Assembly: GCA_002269645.1 (NCBI GenBank)
Contig: NIVC01001597.1
Span: 124,001 to 188,000 of the forward strand
DNA from: Macrostomum lignano
Lineage: Eukaryota
Length of the DNA: 64,000 bases
Direction of reading: 5' to 3'
Part shown: positions 1 through 12,140 of the stretch, one piece after another
Position numbering within the stretch: position 1 is the first letter of the stretch
How the letters are laid out: the number at the start of each line of letters is the position of its first letter
Translations under genes and position numbers: made by a program
Notes under the pieces: model-generated
What the model was told of the DNA's origin: nothing
What the model saw: the letters and a program-made list of their open reading frames with translations, nothing else
Database searches by the model: none

Positions 1-160
1 TCAACCTGATTAGCGCCACAATGACATCCAGATTGGTGCCACAATTAAATCCAGATTGGCGCCACAATTACGCCTACATTGGCGCCACAATGACACTCAG
101 ATTGGCGCCACAATGACACTCAGATTAGCGCCACAATGACACCCTGATTGGTGCCATAAG
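1..160. repeat. 23-bp minisatellite (GATTGGCGCCACAATGACACTCA), runs off the window start
   Basis: About 7 degenerate tandem copies visible. Confidence 0.85.
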
Positions 161-635
161 CGTCTAGGTCATTGCGATTTAACAAAACGGATTGACTTTA
201 AAGAAAGAAATGCAGTTAGTAGCATTACAACAAAAAACACCGGAAGTTTTGCTAGCAATTCAGCCGCTAGCTAGAAGAAGCCGTACCACACAAAGGAGCC
301 AAAGTCTATAAAGCTTTATTCACAAATTTCAAGTCTTGACGCTTCTCTGAGAAAAGTAGAATTCACAGAAGTTTTAAGGTGAATTATGAAACGGTTCATT
401 GTGCCAGCTTACTGTGCACTGTGTATGTAACTGCTTAGGGGTTCAAGCAGTTTTTAAATGAATCAAGGCGACCGTACGTGTAGTAGCTTACTCAGTAACT
501 TAAATGCATAAATTCAAATATTGCTTCTCATGAACCAGACAAGTATTAAATAAATGCGAATGGTCTCGGCCCCAGTCAAGCCTGAGCACCCGGATGCCTG
601 GAGTCTCTGACTCCTGACATTTGTATGTTGGTGTG

Positions 636-1836
636 TCTGACATCACAGATACTGACATCTCTGACACCCCAGCTACTGACATCTCTGACACCCCAGCTAC
701 TGACATCTCTCTGACACCCCAGCTACTGACATCTCTGACACCCCAGCTACTGACATCTCTGACACACCAGCTACTGGCATCTCTGACACCCCAGCTACTG
801 ACATCTCTGACACCCCAGCTACTGACATCTCTGACACAGCAGCTACTGGCATCTCTGACAAACCAGCTACTGACATCTCTGACATCCCAGCTACTGACAT
901 CTCTGGCATCCCAGCTACTGACATCTCTGACACCCCAGCTACTGGCATCTATGACACCTTAGCTACTGACATCTCTGACACCCCAGCTACTGACATCTCT
1001 GACACCCCAGCTACTGACATCTCTGACACCCCAGCTACTGAGTGTCAGACATCTCTGACACCCCAGCTACTGACATCTCTGGCATCCCAGCTACTGACAT
1101 CTCTGACACCCCAGCTACTGACATCTCTGACACCCCAGATACTGACATCTCTGACACCCCAGCTACTGACATCTCTGACACCCCAGCTACTGACATCTCT
1201 CTGACACCCCAGCTACTGACATCTCTGACACCCCAGCTACTGACATCTCTGACACCCCAGCTACTGACATCTCTCTGACACCCCAGCTACTGACATCTCT
1301 GACACCCCAGCTACTGGCATCTCTGACACACCAGCTACTGGCATCTCTGACACCCCAGCAACTGACATCTCTGACACCCCAGCTACTGACATCTCTGACA
1401 CCCCAGCTATGGCATCTCTGACACCCCAGCTTACTGACATCTCTGACACCCCAGCTACTGACATCTCTGACACCCCAGCTACTGACATCTCTCTGACACC
1501 CCAGCTACTGACTTTTTTTGACACAGCAGCTACTGGCATCTCTGACACCCCAGCTACTGGCATCTCTGACACCCCAGCTACTGACATCTCTGACACAGCA
1601 GCTACTGGCATCTCTGACACCCCAGCTACTGACATCTCTGACACCCCAGCTACTGACATCTCTGGCATCCCAGCTACTGACATCTCTGACACCCCAGCTA
1701 CTGACATCTCTGACACCCCAGCTACTGACTTTTCTGACACAGCAGCTACTGGCATCTCTGACACCCCAGCTACTGGCATCTCTGACACCCCAGCTACTGA
1801 CATCTCTGACACATCAGCTACTGACATCTCTGACAC
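636..1836 (+). repeat. 24-bp minisatellite (CTGACACCCCAGCTACTGACATCT)n
   Basis: About 50 tandem copies; source of the SLTPQLLT/MSVAGVSE pseudo-ORFs. Reverse complement of the 22378-26652 array. Confidence 0.97.
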
Positions 1837-1839
1837 ATT

Positions 1840-2065
1840 CTACTTTAGTTCTATCTTGTATTCTATTATTGTTCTATCTTGTATTCTACTCTTGTTCTAT
1901 CTCGTATTCTACTCTTCTTCTTCTTCCAAGTTTTCTGTGATTGGTAGGTCCCAATAACCATCCCTTCAGAGCACCGGTTCTCTTATATTCAACTCAAGTT
2001 CTATCTTGTATTCTACTCTTGTTCTATCTTGCATAATAGTCTTGTTCTATCTCATATTCTATCCT
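1840..2065. repeat. Degenerate pyrimidine-rich repeat (TTCTATCTTGTATTCTACTCTTG-like)
   Basis: Several imperfect copies visible. Confidence 0.6.
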
Positions 2066-2299
2066 TGTTCGTTGTTCTTTATGAATTCTAGTCTTCTTCT
2101 ATTTCTCAATCTATGTGCATACTTTTAGTGCATGTGGATTAAAGGAAAGTCAAAGGTGGAAACGACTTTCTAATAAATCATTCATGACGCTGGCAACACC
2201 TTGGTCAGTGATCATTCACTTTTAATATAAGCAATGTTTTACTTGGTTTTCTATTGTACACATTTATCGCACTTTTTGCTCTTATTCTAATGTGTAATA

Positions 2300-2516
2300 A
2301 AATGGCGTTCCCACTTAAAATGAAATGGCGCCCCGCTTAAAATGAAATGGCGCCCCGCTCAAAATGAAATGGCGCCCCGCTCAAAATGAAATGGCGCCCC
2401 ACTTAAAATGAAATGGCGTTCCCACTTAAAATGAAATGGCGCCCCGCTCAAAATGAAATGGCGCCCCACTTAAAATGAAATGGTGTTCCCACTTAAAATG
2501 AAATGGCGCCCTGCTC
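2300..2516. repeat. 22-bp minisatellite (AAAATGAAATGGCGCCCCGCTC)n
   Basis: About 10 tandem copies. Confidence 0.93.
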
Positions 2517-3224
2517 GCTATGAAATGTCACGTCGCCCCGCCAAAAAGGAAGATAATATCCAATGCAAAGCAACGTAAAGATGAAGTTGACGTTGCGAGT
2601 TGCAAATAAAATTCAAGTAAAATGCGAGGTGCTGTACGAGTATATAGCCTATAGGAAGGTGCCGCAGGCAGCACAGCAGTTGGGTCTGTACGCGCGCCCA
2701 TCTATAAAATCGGGAGTACAGTCCAACGTTATGCGCGAACGCAGCATAATTCAATTGTTAAAACTACGCACTGTGATATGTGCATTTACTCATAATTCGC
2801 ATAAATAGAGTAGTTGCAGGCTGTGGAGTGTGAAGAGTAGACTCACTCCTGCTTTCTTCACCTTCTTAAGTCTAGCTGTCTATTGCTATCATGTTCGTAT
2901 AATAATCTAGCAGTTTAATTTAAATTCAGATATGCTTTGTTTTACTTATTGAATTTGACTTTCCATTTAAATTTCAAATTATACAAAGTAAAAACAAATT
3001 TTTCAATTAAGTTTTTCAATTTTCAGTTAATAAACAATTAAAATGAGAACTTTCTGGTATAGGCCGGCTTCTCTGAACTGTAGAGATAACAGAAAGTTTT
3101 ATTGAGGGCGACAAGGGGGGTTCTGAGATTGAGGGTTGGGTTGCAAGACGACCTGCTAGCTAGCTATTGTAAAACGTGTTAGAAAAAGGCAGTGGCTGCC
3201 GTCCCGTCCAACAAGCCGCCCACC

Positions 3225-3335
3225 ACCCCAGCCCACCACCCCAGCCCCACCACCCCAGCCCCACCACCCCAGCCCCACCACCCCATCAGAGTGCCTGTGC
3301 AGCCAATAGGAGCGGACCCTCCTTTCTTATAACTC
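3225..3335 (+). promoter_or_regulatory. Possible Pol II core promoter: CACCC-box repeats, CCAAT box, TATA-like element
   Basis: (CCCCACCACCCCAG)n at 3225-3285, AGCCAATAGG at 3301-3310, TTATAA at ~3326. Motif arrangement only. Confidence 0.25.
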
Positions 3336-3692
3336 AAAGGGTGGACAGCTATAGTATAGAACCACCAGCACGAAGCCCTCTCCCTAGATTATAACAAACG
3401 GCTTTCGCTTCAGCCCCCCATTTTTGGCCGTAAGAAAATAAAAAGACGCCAAACAAGCTAACACAGGCCATGCAGCACAGTTATCCAAAATAGAGAATTA
3501 GAAGGGACCGGAGTGGTTAGTTTAGTGAAATCCTGTTACTTTAGTATTAAGCAACAATAATAACTCGAGAGTATCTATGCTTCATATTATATCCATTGCC
3601 TTTAAAGTCAATCAATCACATGACGGCATTAGCTAATCGGATTCGACATTGTAGCTAATTGACGCAATCAACAACAAATCGAGCGACTAACA

Positions 3693-3725
3693 ATGTCCGA
3701 GCCAGTTTTCTGCCTAATATTTCTG
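3693..3725 (+). CDS. Candidate first coding exon (MSEPVFCLIFL, signal-peptide-like start), possibly of the LRR-Ig gene
   Basis: ATG in ACAATG context, 11 hydrophobic-trending codons, then a strong donor CTG|GTAAGC at 3726. Linkage to the 10183 exon is not shown. Confidence 0.25.
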
Positions 3726-3954
3726 GTAAGCAATTCTTTTTTAACTTTACTTTGGCGGCATGTGGAGTCGTATGTATTAATCGTAAAGTTTATGCTTATC
3801 TTCTAGTTTAAAGGTATTTTAAAAGTTGTTATAAAGTGTTGAAAGATTATTTAACAATGAATTTTTTTCGGCTCAAATTTGTTTTCGAAGAAAGCTAGCC
3901 AAATATAGGTAGCACTGCGATGTTGTTGTCCTGCTAAACTGATAAACTGCTAAT

Positions 3955-4275
3955 TTTAGCGCCATTTTAGCGTCGAATGGGAGATTTTAGCGCCGAATGG
4001 GAGATTTTAGCACCGAATGGGAGATTTATAGCGCCGAATGGGAGATTTTAGCGCCGAATGTAAGATTTTAGCGCCGAATGTAAGATTTTAGCGCCGAATG
4101 TAAGATTTTAGCGCCGAATGGGAAATTTAGCGCCGAATGGAGGATCTTAGCGCTGAATGAATGCAATATTTTAGCGCCATTTTTTAGCCCTAAAGTTTAG
4201 CGTCGAATGAAGAGTTCAGCATCGAATGTAAAATTTTAGCGCCGAATGAATGGGAGATTTTAGCGCCGAAGGGAG
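3955..4275. repeat. 20-bp minisatellite (TTTTAGCGCCGAATGGGAGA)n
   Basis: About 15 imperfect tandem copies. Confidence 0.9.
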
Positions 4276-4914
4276 ATTTTATTCCATGCCCGCAATGTTT
4301 GCCATCAAGACTCAGTACGAAAGAAAGGAAAGGTGATTCAGTGCAGACGCGCGAACCCCTCCTAGGCCCATGCCCCTAGGGTCCGGTTTTGCACGCCTAA
4401 TTCCTTCCAATTATGATGCCAAAAGGGTTATCGGAAAGGACTTTGTTTCTTCAGTTTGTGCTCAAACCCTCGTCTCAAGGCTCTCAACATCCCACAACAC
4501 CAAATTCTCTTCCGCTGACTGAATACTCAACGAGTTCTCAATAAGCTCCCCGGCCCTTCATCACTCCCCAATCAATTACCTCTCAGATGGATGTGCTCAC
4601 GATCGACAGCGGTTGCCACTAACACTATTACTGGCATATAGTATATCAAGCGAGATATCCTACTACCCTCTAGACGTAAATTAGCTCGCATTGTCACATG
4701 CTATATGCGAGTGTTATAGAAATTCATGTCTCAATTCTTTACAAAAAAGGTTTTTGTGTCGTTGTAATTGTAATTATAGTATATTACAACGAGTATCTAT
4801 GTAATTATAGTTTTTGTTCATTAATAATAGTTATCAGTCGATGATACCAGCCACGTCTATTAGCCTTAGAAACCAAAGGTAGATTGTCAATACAATCATT
4901 ATATACATACGATT

Positions 4915-5790
4915 CTCATTCCCATGATTCTCATTGCCATGATTCTCAATGCCATGATTCTCAATTCCATGATTCTCAATTCTATGATTATCAATGCCAT
5001 GATTTTCAATGCCATGATTCTCAATGCCATGATTCTCAATGCCATGATTCTCAATGCCATGATTCTCAGTTCCATGATTTTCAATAATGCCATGATTCTC
5101 AATAATGCCATGGTTCTCAATAATGTCATGATTATCAATGCCATGATTTTCAATGCCATGATTCTCAATGCCATGATTCTCAATGCCATGATTCTCAATG
5201 CCATGATTCTCAATGCCATGATTCTCAATGCCATGATTCTCAGTTCCATGATTTTCAATAATGTCACGATTCTCAATAATGCCATGGTTCTCAGATGCCA
5301 TGATTCTCAATGCCATGATTATCAATGCCATGATTTTCAATGCCATGATTCTCAATGCCATGATTATCAATGCCATGATTTTCAATGCCATGATTCTCAA
5401 TGCCATGATTCTCAATGCCATAATTCTCAATGCCATGATTCTGATTCTCTGATTCTGAATTCCATGATTCTCAATGCCATGATTCTCAATGCCATGATTC
5501 TCAATGCCATGATTCTCATTGCCATGATTCTGAATTCCATGATTCTCAATGCCATAATTCTCAATGCCATGATTCTCATTGCCATGATTCTGAATTCCAT
5601 GATTCTCATGCCATGCCATAAATGCTCAATGATTCTCAATGCCATGATGATTCTCAATGATTCCATATGCCATATTCTAAACGCCATAATTCTCAATGCC
5701 ATGATTCTCAATAATGCCATGATTCTCAATAACCATTCTTTAGCTCATGCCATGATGAATGCCATGATTCTCAATAACCATGCTCATGTT
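4915..5790. repeat. 15-bp minisatellite (GCCATGATTCTCAAT)n
   Basis: About 55 copies; source of the AMILN/ENHGI pseudo-ORFs. Confidence 0.95.
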
Positions 5791-6279
5791 GAATGCATAA
5801 AATTGACCCTACCAAATCCATCCTGAATTGAAATTAAGTTGGAATTTGTTTATCTCAGCGAAAAAAATGGTGTGGTGGAATCGCTCACTGCACAATTGCC
5901 TCAATCCCCATGGGGGATATTGGCTGTTGTGATCAGTGGTGGGATAATTGGGTTCGATTGGCTTAATTTTATGCATTATTCGCCTCTACCATGACTCGTA
6001 TGTATAGTTGATGATAAAATGATACAATCTATACAATTGTGCGCCATCACTAGCGTTTGAGTTGATGAAATTAGCCCATTCAATGTAGCTTTTTTGGAGC
6101 CTAGCTTAATACCCATCCATCACTGTCTGTAGGCCATTTTGCTGATACTATTTTCTATATGCTGCAGTTTTTCTACAAAATTTTTCGGTGCATATTGTAT
6201 CGACTGCTAGGGCGTGTCTGTGCGCGTAACTATTAATTTGCTTGATGTTGCGGTTCCTACATACTTTTGTCGCTCCTCC

Positions 6280-7490
6280 AACATTATCTCTGACCTTTTG
6301 TCGCTCTTCAAACACCATCTCTGACCTCTTGTCGCTCTTCCAGCACCATCTCTGACCTCTTGTCGCTCTTCCAGCACCATCTCTGACCTCTTGTCGCTCT
6401 TCCAGCACCATCTCTGACCTCTTGTCCCTCTTCAAACACCATCTCTGACCTCTTGTCGCTCTTCCAGCACCATCTCTGACCTCTTGTCCCTCTTCAAACA
6501 CCATCTCTGACCTCTTGTCCCTCTTCAAACACCATCTCTGACCTCTTGTCCCTCTTCAAACACCATCTCTGACCTCTTGTCCCTCTTCAAACACCATCTC
6601 TGACCTCTTGTCCCTCTTCAACACCATCTTGACCTCTTGTCTCTCTCTTTATATTTTGATCAAACACCTGTTTATCTCAACCTACCCTCTTGTCTCTTAA
6701 CTACCATCACCATCTAACACCATCTTTGACCTCTCTCCCTCCCAACCAAATCTTTGACTCTTGTCCCTCTTCAACCACCATCTTTGACCTCTGTCCCTCT
6801 TCAACCACCATCTTTGACCTCTTGTCCCTCTTCAACCACCATCTTTGACCTCTTGTCCCTCTTCAACACCATCTTTGACCTCTTGTCCCTCAACACCATC
6901 TTGACCTCTTGTCCCTCTTCAACCACCATCTTTGACCTCTTGTCCCTCTTCAACCACCATCTTTGACCTCTTGTCCCTCTTCAACACCATCTTGACCTCT
7001 TGTCCCTCTTCAACACCATCTTGACCTCTTGTCCCTCTTCAACACCATCTTGACCTCTTGTCCCTCTTCAACCACCATCTTTGACCTCTTGTCCCTCTTC
7101 AACCACCATCTTGACCTCTTGTCCCTCTTCAACACCATCTTTGACCTCTTGTCCCTCTTCAACACCATCTTTGACCTCTTGTCCTCTTCAACACCATCTT
7201 TGACCTCTTGTCCCTCTTCAACACCATCTTTGACCTCTTGTCCCTCTTCAACCACCATCTTTGACCTCTTGTCCCTCTTCAACACCATCTTTGACCTCTT
7301 GTCAACACCATCTTTGACCTCTTGTCCCTCTTCAACACCATCTTGACCTCTTGTCATCTTCAGCACCATCTGACCTCTTGTCCTCTTCAGCACCATCTTG
7401 ACCTCTTGTCCTCTTCAACCGTCTTGACCTCTTGTCCTCTTCAACACCATCTTGACCTCTTGTCCCTCTTCAACACCATCTTGACCTTTA
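6280..7490. repeat. ~27-31-bp minisatellite (GACCTCTTGTCCCTCTTCAACACCATCTT)n in two sub-arrays
   Basis: 31-bp period at 6280-6630; related, shorter-period copies at 6715-7490. Confidence 0.93.
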
Positions 7491-8699
7491 GTCCCTCTTC
7501 AAACCAAAAATGTACCATTTTGAGTCCTAGCCAAAAATGTTAGCAAGGTGCTATTTCTATTGTTTAGCCCCTTAAGCCTCTCGCAGTTAATTCTACTTTT
7601 CTTATTTAAGCATAAAATTGAAAGCACCTGTTTATCTAATAATTAGCATAATTGATGAGAATGCCAGGAAACTATTCAAGATCAATGCACAACGTGCCAT
7701 CAATTTTTACATTTTCCAGTTGAAAGTTGAACCCAAACCTTAGGGGGTTTGTTTACTTCCATTGCCTTTGCCATATACAGGTATGTATAAGCACTGGCCC
7801 CAGGTGCAATATGCCCTGTAGGAAATTATTTTCAATTTTCATCACCTATGCCTGCCATGGAGATTTAACAGCGGCTGCATGTAGCTGTTTCCTTCCAACA
7901 ACAGCAACAACAACAACACGACCCGTCATCGAGGCCTGTTGCAGGCTATTTGGGTACCTATTTTATGCCTACAGGTTGCTAGTCATTTGCCTACCTGCAC
8001 AGTGCACAACATTGCAGCAGTTCAGACCCTGTGTTTGTTATACGCTCAAGTTCCGCGAATCTTTATAAGAATCTATCTACCTATCTACCTAGCTATCCGG
8101 CTTCGCGTTGTTCTTTCACTTTTCTCTTTCGGCGCATCAGCAACTTTCTTTCGCGGGGCTGAAGTTTTGGCAGAATTGCCTTCCCGTTCGGGTATCAGCA
8201 ATTAGTTGGTAGGCGGGAAGGTTGGGCGTCGGCTATAGGATATTAGGGTAGCGGTTCCTGAAAGTAGTCCAGCCAAGCTCCCATTAGATCTGCTTCATCA
8301 TCCTGATTGCTCCGAAGGCCTGTTTCTTCTATTTCTAAAAGCGCTCTGTCTGGATGGCAGACGCTATTACCGCGGCTTTGTGGTTCAGTACTGAATTCCT
8401 TCGACTGATTTTTGCCCCCGTCTTCTCTTCCACATCCGGTTTACGGTGCATCTAAAGAGGCTCTGTGCTGTCTAGCGCTGAGATTTCTTTGCGCGTAATG
8501 CTTGCACTTTTTGTTACCTGGGTGCGGTTGTATGTTTTTAGAAAAGAAGAAAATCTACTAGAAAAGTTCAAATTAGATTTTATTTTGTGACAGCTAATTG
8601 TGAGGGATCCATGGATGCTTTTGGTTTAAGGGTGTGACAGAGTAGTGGCGCAAGGAGGACGTTACCAAATGTTGGGCAAAAATGATGTCATACAAGGAA

Positions 8700-9360
8700 C
8701 GCTAGGTTGACGTCACTAAGGACAAGGATAATGCCAGTGAGGAGCCTCAGAATGACGTTTGAATGAAGGAGTGCTAGAGGGACGTCAGTAAGAAGTGCTG
8801 GAGTGACATCAGTAAGGAGTGCTATAGTAACGTCACTAAGGAGTGCTGGAGTGACGTCAGTAAGGAGTGCTAGTGTGACGTCAGTAAGGAGTGCTAGTGT
8901 GACGTCAGTAAGGAGTGCTAGTGTGACGTCAGTAAGGAGTGCTAGTGTGACGTCAGTGAGGAGTGCTAGTGTGACGTCAGTAAGGAGTGCTAGTGTGACG
9001 TCAGTAAGGAGTGCTAGTGTGACGTCAGTAAGGAGTGCTAGAGTGACGTCACTAAGGAGTGCTAGAGGGACGTCAGTGAGAAGTGCTAGAGTGACGTCAC
9101 TAAGGAGTGCTAGAGTGACGTCACTAAGGAGTGCTAGAGGGACGTCAGTGAGAAGTGCTAGAGTGACGTCACTAAGGAGTGCTAGAGTGACGTCAGTGAG
9201 AAGTGATAGAGTGACGTTAGTAAGAATGCTAGAGTAACGTCATTAAGGGGTGCTAGAGTAAGAAGTGACGCTAGTAAGTGACATTAGTAAGGAAGTAAGG
9301 AGGGCTAGAGTGACGTCAAGAAGCGCGAGAATGGTGTCAGTAAGGACAAGGAGCGCCAGG
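8700..9360. repeat. 24-bp minisatellite (GTGACGTCAGTAAGGAGTGCTAGT)n containing TGACGTCA
   Basis: Homogeneous core 8850-9200 with degenerate edges. Confidence 0.95.
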
Positions 9361-9959
9361 ATGACTTCAGTAAAAAATTGGCTTCAGCAGCAACAGTGAC
9401 AGTGGTGGGCTATTGGCGGCAACTTCAGAGTAAACATTTTTCTTTCTCACTATTGATGCTGAAAAGTTCGACTAATGGTTTTAACATGCACTTTCTTACT
9501 GAACTGCCACACAGCTTCCAGTAAAATCAAATTGGTACAAATCGCTCTCATCAATCTTGAGAATAGTAGAGTTAGAGTTAAAGCAAGCTTGACATGGCAG
9601 CTGATTGGTTTTAGGGATAAGCTTTACGTTCTTTATATGTACGATATAAAGTGAGATGGTAGATAGGAGCAGCTTTTTTGAGACTTCGAGGTCCCATGGG
9701 ATCGAGCGGAGCTCAAACGAAATCCTAGTTAGTCAAAGATTTCCCAATTTTTACAATTGTTATTTATGTACTCTAAATTTCAGGCTGGTTCGAAACAGTC
9801 AAAATCAAATATCAACATATCCCGTCTTTACAGGGTAAGTGAGGCTGACTTCGGAGCTAAGAAGTTCGGAAAAATCAGTCATGTTGATCACTGCTCAAGT
9901 CAAAGTGCTCCTGTGCTCAATTAAAAGCTCATCTTGAATGTTATCTCATGCTCTATCCA

Positions 9960-10140
9960 TCGTCTCCTGTACCAATCATCGTTCTCCTGTTTAATCGTTC
10001 TCCTGTACTCAATCATCGTTCTCCTGTACTCAATAATCGTTCTCCTGTACTCAATCATCGCTCCTGTACTCAATCATCGTTCTCCTGTACTCAATCATCG
10101 TGCTCCAGTACTCAATCATCGTGCTCCTGTACTCAACCAT
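9960..10140. repeat. 21-bp minisatellite (TCTCCTGTACTCAATCATCGT)n
   Basis: About 8 copies immediately 5' of the LRR-Ig exon. Confidence 0.9.
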
Positions 10141-10182
10141 GGTGTATAGTATACTACTAGCAATCTTGCAAAACACCCGCAG

Positions 10183-11133
10183 ATATCCAAGCTGCCCACC
10201 TGCAAGTCGCCATTCAGCCTGATGGACATCGAGCTCACCAAAGTTGAGCCGTCGAAATTTCTCTGCCCGCCGCCTCGGATCTCCGGCGTTGACCTTCGCA
10301 TGTCCTCAGACTCCGCTCTGTTGGAGTGCTCAGCAGACGGCGAGGCCAGCCAGTCTTTAACAGCTCAGAGAATCGCCTGGTCCTACCGGAACTTGGCAAT
10401 CTCCGAAGTCACTTTACCAGCTCCAAACGGTCCCCGATTCGTCAAGACGCTGCGCCGTCGTCCGGGCAGCTTGAAGGATCAGCTGATAGTGTACGCATCA
10501 GCAACTGACGGTCACTCCGCATCTATCAATGTCAGCCTGCGCTGGCCAACGAACCCAGCCGCGACAACAACAAGAATGACCCCGGCTCGGCTGCCAGCTG
10601 ACGATGATGACAAAAATCCGTCCGTAGCGCTCATCCCCGAGCCAGTTGACGACAAGACCCGACCAGTCGATCGGCATGGCCTAAACCAATCCGATTACTA
10701 CGCCGCTAAACAGTTCACTCTGCTAGAAATGATTGTCGCCGTGATTGGCACCTTCCTGACTACTAGTCTGGCCTTCCTGCTGTGCTGCCAGTTCGCCAGG
10801 TGGTATCGGAGACGCGACCGGAAGCGTTGGCTGCCTGCCAGCGCCGCTGGCTACGCTGGCGCGACCACCTACGGCTACAGCCTGCACCATCCGCATCAGA
10901 CGGGCTCGCTGTCGCAGCACGAATACGACGTGCCCCGTCTGGACCATCAGCATCCGTTGCATCTGCCGCCGCCGCCGCATCAGCAGCAGCAGCAGCCGCC
11001 AACTCTGCCGCTGAAGCTGCCATCATCGGCTAGCGTTGTCAACGGAGGCGGAGGCGGCATTGTGGTCGCCACGGCCGCTAATAGCAACGAATTCTTGGAC
11101 TTTAGCAATCCAAGATTGAAGTACAATGTGTGA
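10183..11133 (+). CDS. Terminal exon of an LRR-Ig single-pass transmembrane protein (Kekkon/LIG-family-like), partial gene
   Basis: The frame upstream of the listed Met reads ISKLPTCKSPFSLMDIELTKVEPSKFLCPPPRI, which fits the C-terminal half of an LRRCT (PxCxxPxxLxxxxLxxxxxxxFxCxxP). Then Ig-like ALLECSADG...RIAWSY, TM helix IVAVIGTFLTTSLAFLLCC, basic stop-transfer RWYRRRDRKR, and a P/Q/H-rich tail ending KYNV*. Putative acceptor CCCGCAG at 10182; exact acceptor uncertain. Confidence 0.75.
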   Translation: MSKLPTCKSPFSLMDIELTKVEPSKFLCPPPRISGVDLRMSSDSALLECSADGEASQSLTAQRIAWSYRNLAISEVTLPAPNGPRFVKTLRRRPGSLKDQLIVYASATDGHSASINVSLRWPTNPAATTTRMTPARLPADDDDKNPSVALIPEPVDDKTRPVDRHGLNQSDYYAAKQFTLLEMIVAVIGTFLTTSLAFLLCCQFARWYRRRDRKRWLPASAAGYAGATTYGYSLHHPHQTGSLSQHEYDVPRLDHQHPLHLPPPPHQQQQQPPTLPLKLPSSASVVNGGGGGIVVATAANSNEFLDFSNPRLKYNV

Positions 11134-11269
11134 TAAACATTTTGCTCACGTATGTGTTCTGTAGGGTTTTGTATCATAGACTCGGCTTAGTGGTTTTATG
11201 TTATACAGAAGCGCTTGTGGAGTTATCCACGAATCTCATGCTCATTACAGAATTAGTGTGTACGAATCT

Positions 11270-12140
11270 CAGCATATGAATCTCATCCCTGACAAGATAG
11301 AGACGAATCTCAGCCCTGACAAGATAGAGACGAATCTCAGCCCTGACAAGATAGAGACGAATCTCGGCCCTGACAAGATAGAGACGAATCTCAGCCCTGA
11401 CAAGATAGAGACGAATCTCAGCCCTGACACGATAGAGACGAATCTCAGCCCTGACAAGATAGACACGAATCTCAGCCCTGACAAGATAGAGACGAATCTC
11501 AGCCCTGACAAGATAGAGACGAATCTCAGCCCTGACAAGATAGAGACGAATCTCAGCCCTGACAAGATAGAGACGAATCTCAGCCCTGACAAGATAGAGA
11601 CGAATCTCAGCCCTGACAAGATAGACACGAATCTCAGCCCTGACACGTTAGACACGAATCTCATCCCTGACAAGATAGAGACGAATCTCAGCCCTGACAA
11701 GATAGAGACGAATCTCAGCCCTGACAAGATAGAGACGAATCTCAGCCCTGACAAGATAGAGACGAATCTCAGCCCTGACACATTAGACACGAATCTCAGC
11801 CCTGAAACGTTAGAGACGAATCTCACCCTGACAAGTTGGAGACGAATCTCAGCCCTGACAAGATAGAGACGAATCTCAGCCCTGACAAGATAGAGACGAA
11901 TCTCAGCCCTGACAAGATAGAGACGAATCTCAGCCCTGACAAGATAGAGACGAATCTCAGCCCTGACAAGATAGAGACGAATCTCAGCCCTGACAAGATA
12001 GAGACGAATCTCAGCCCTGACAAGATAGACACGAATCTCAGCCCTGACAAGATAGAGACGAATCTCAGCCCTGACACATTAGACACGAATCTCACCCCTG
12101 AAACGTTAGAGACGAAACTCACCCTGACAAGTTGGAGAAG
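11270..12140. repeat. 27-bp minisatellite (GACAAGATAGAGACGAATCTCAGCCCT)n
   Basis: About 32 copies; source of the ETNLSPDKI pseudo-ORF. Confidence 0.96.

Noticed and set aside
7700-8540. Moderately GC-rich unique block with short ORFs
   Set aside because: All frames I translated are interrupted by stops within ~70 codons, with no recognisable motif.
10440-10560. Cadherin interpretation of LIVYASATDGHSASINVSL
   Set aside because: It resembles the cadherin AxDxG strand, but the upstream LRRCT cysteine pattern and the C...W spacing fit LRR-Ig better, and no DxNDN/LDRE motifs are present.
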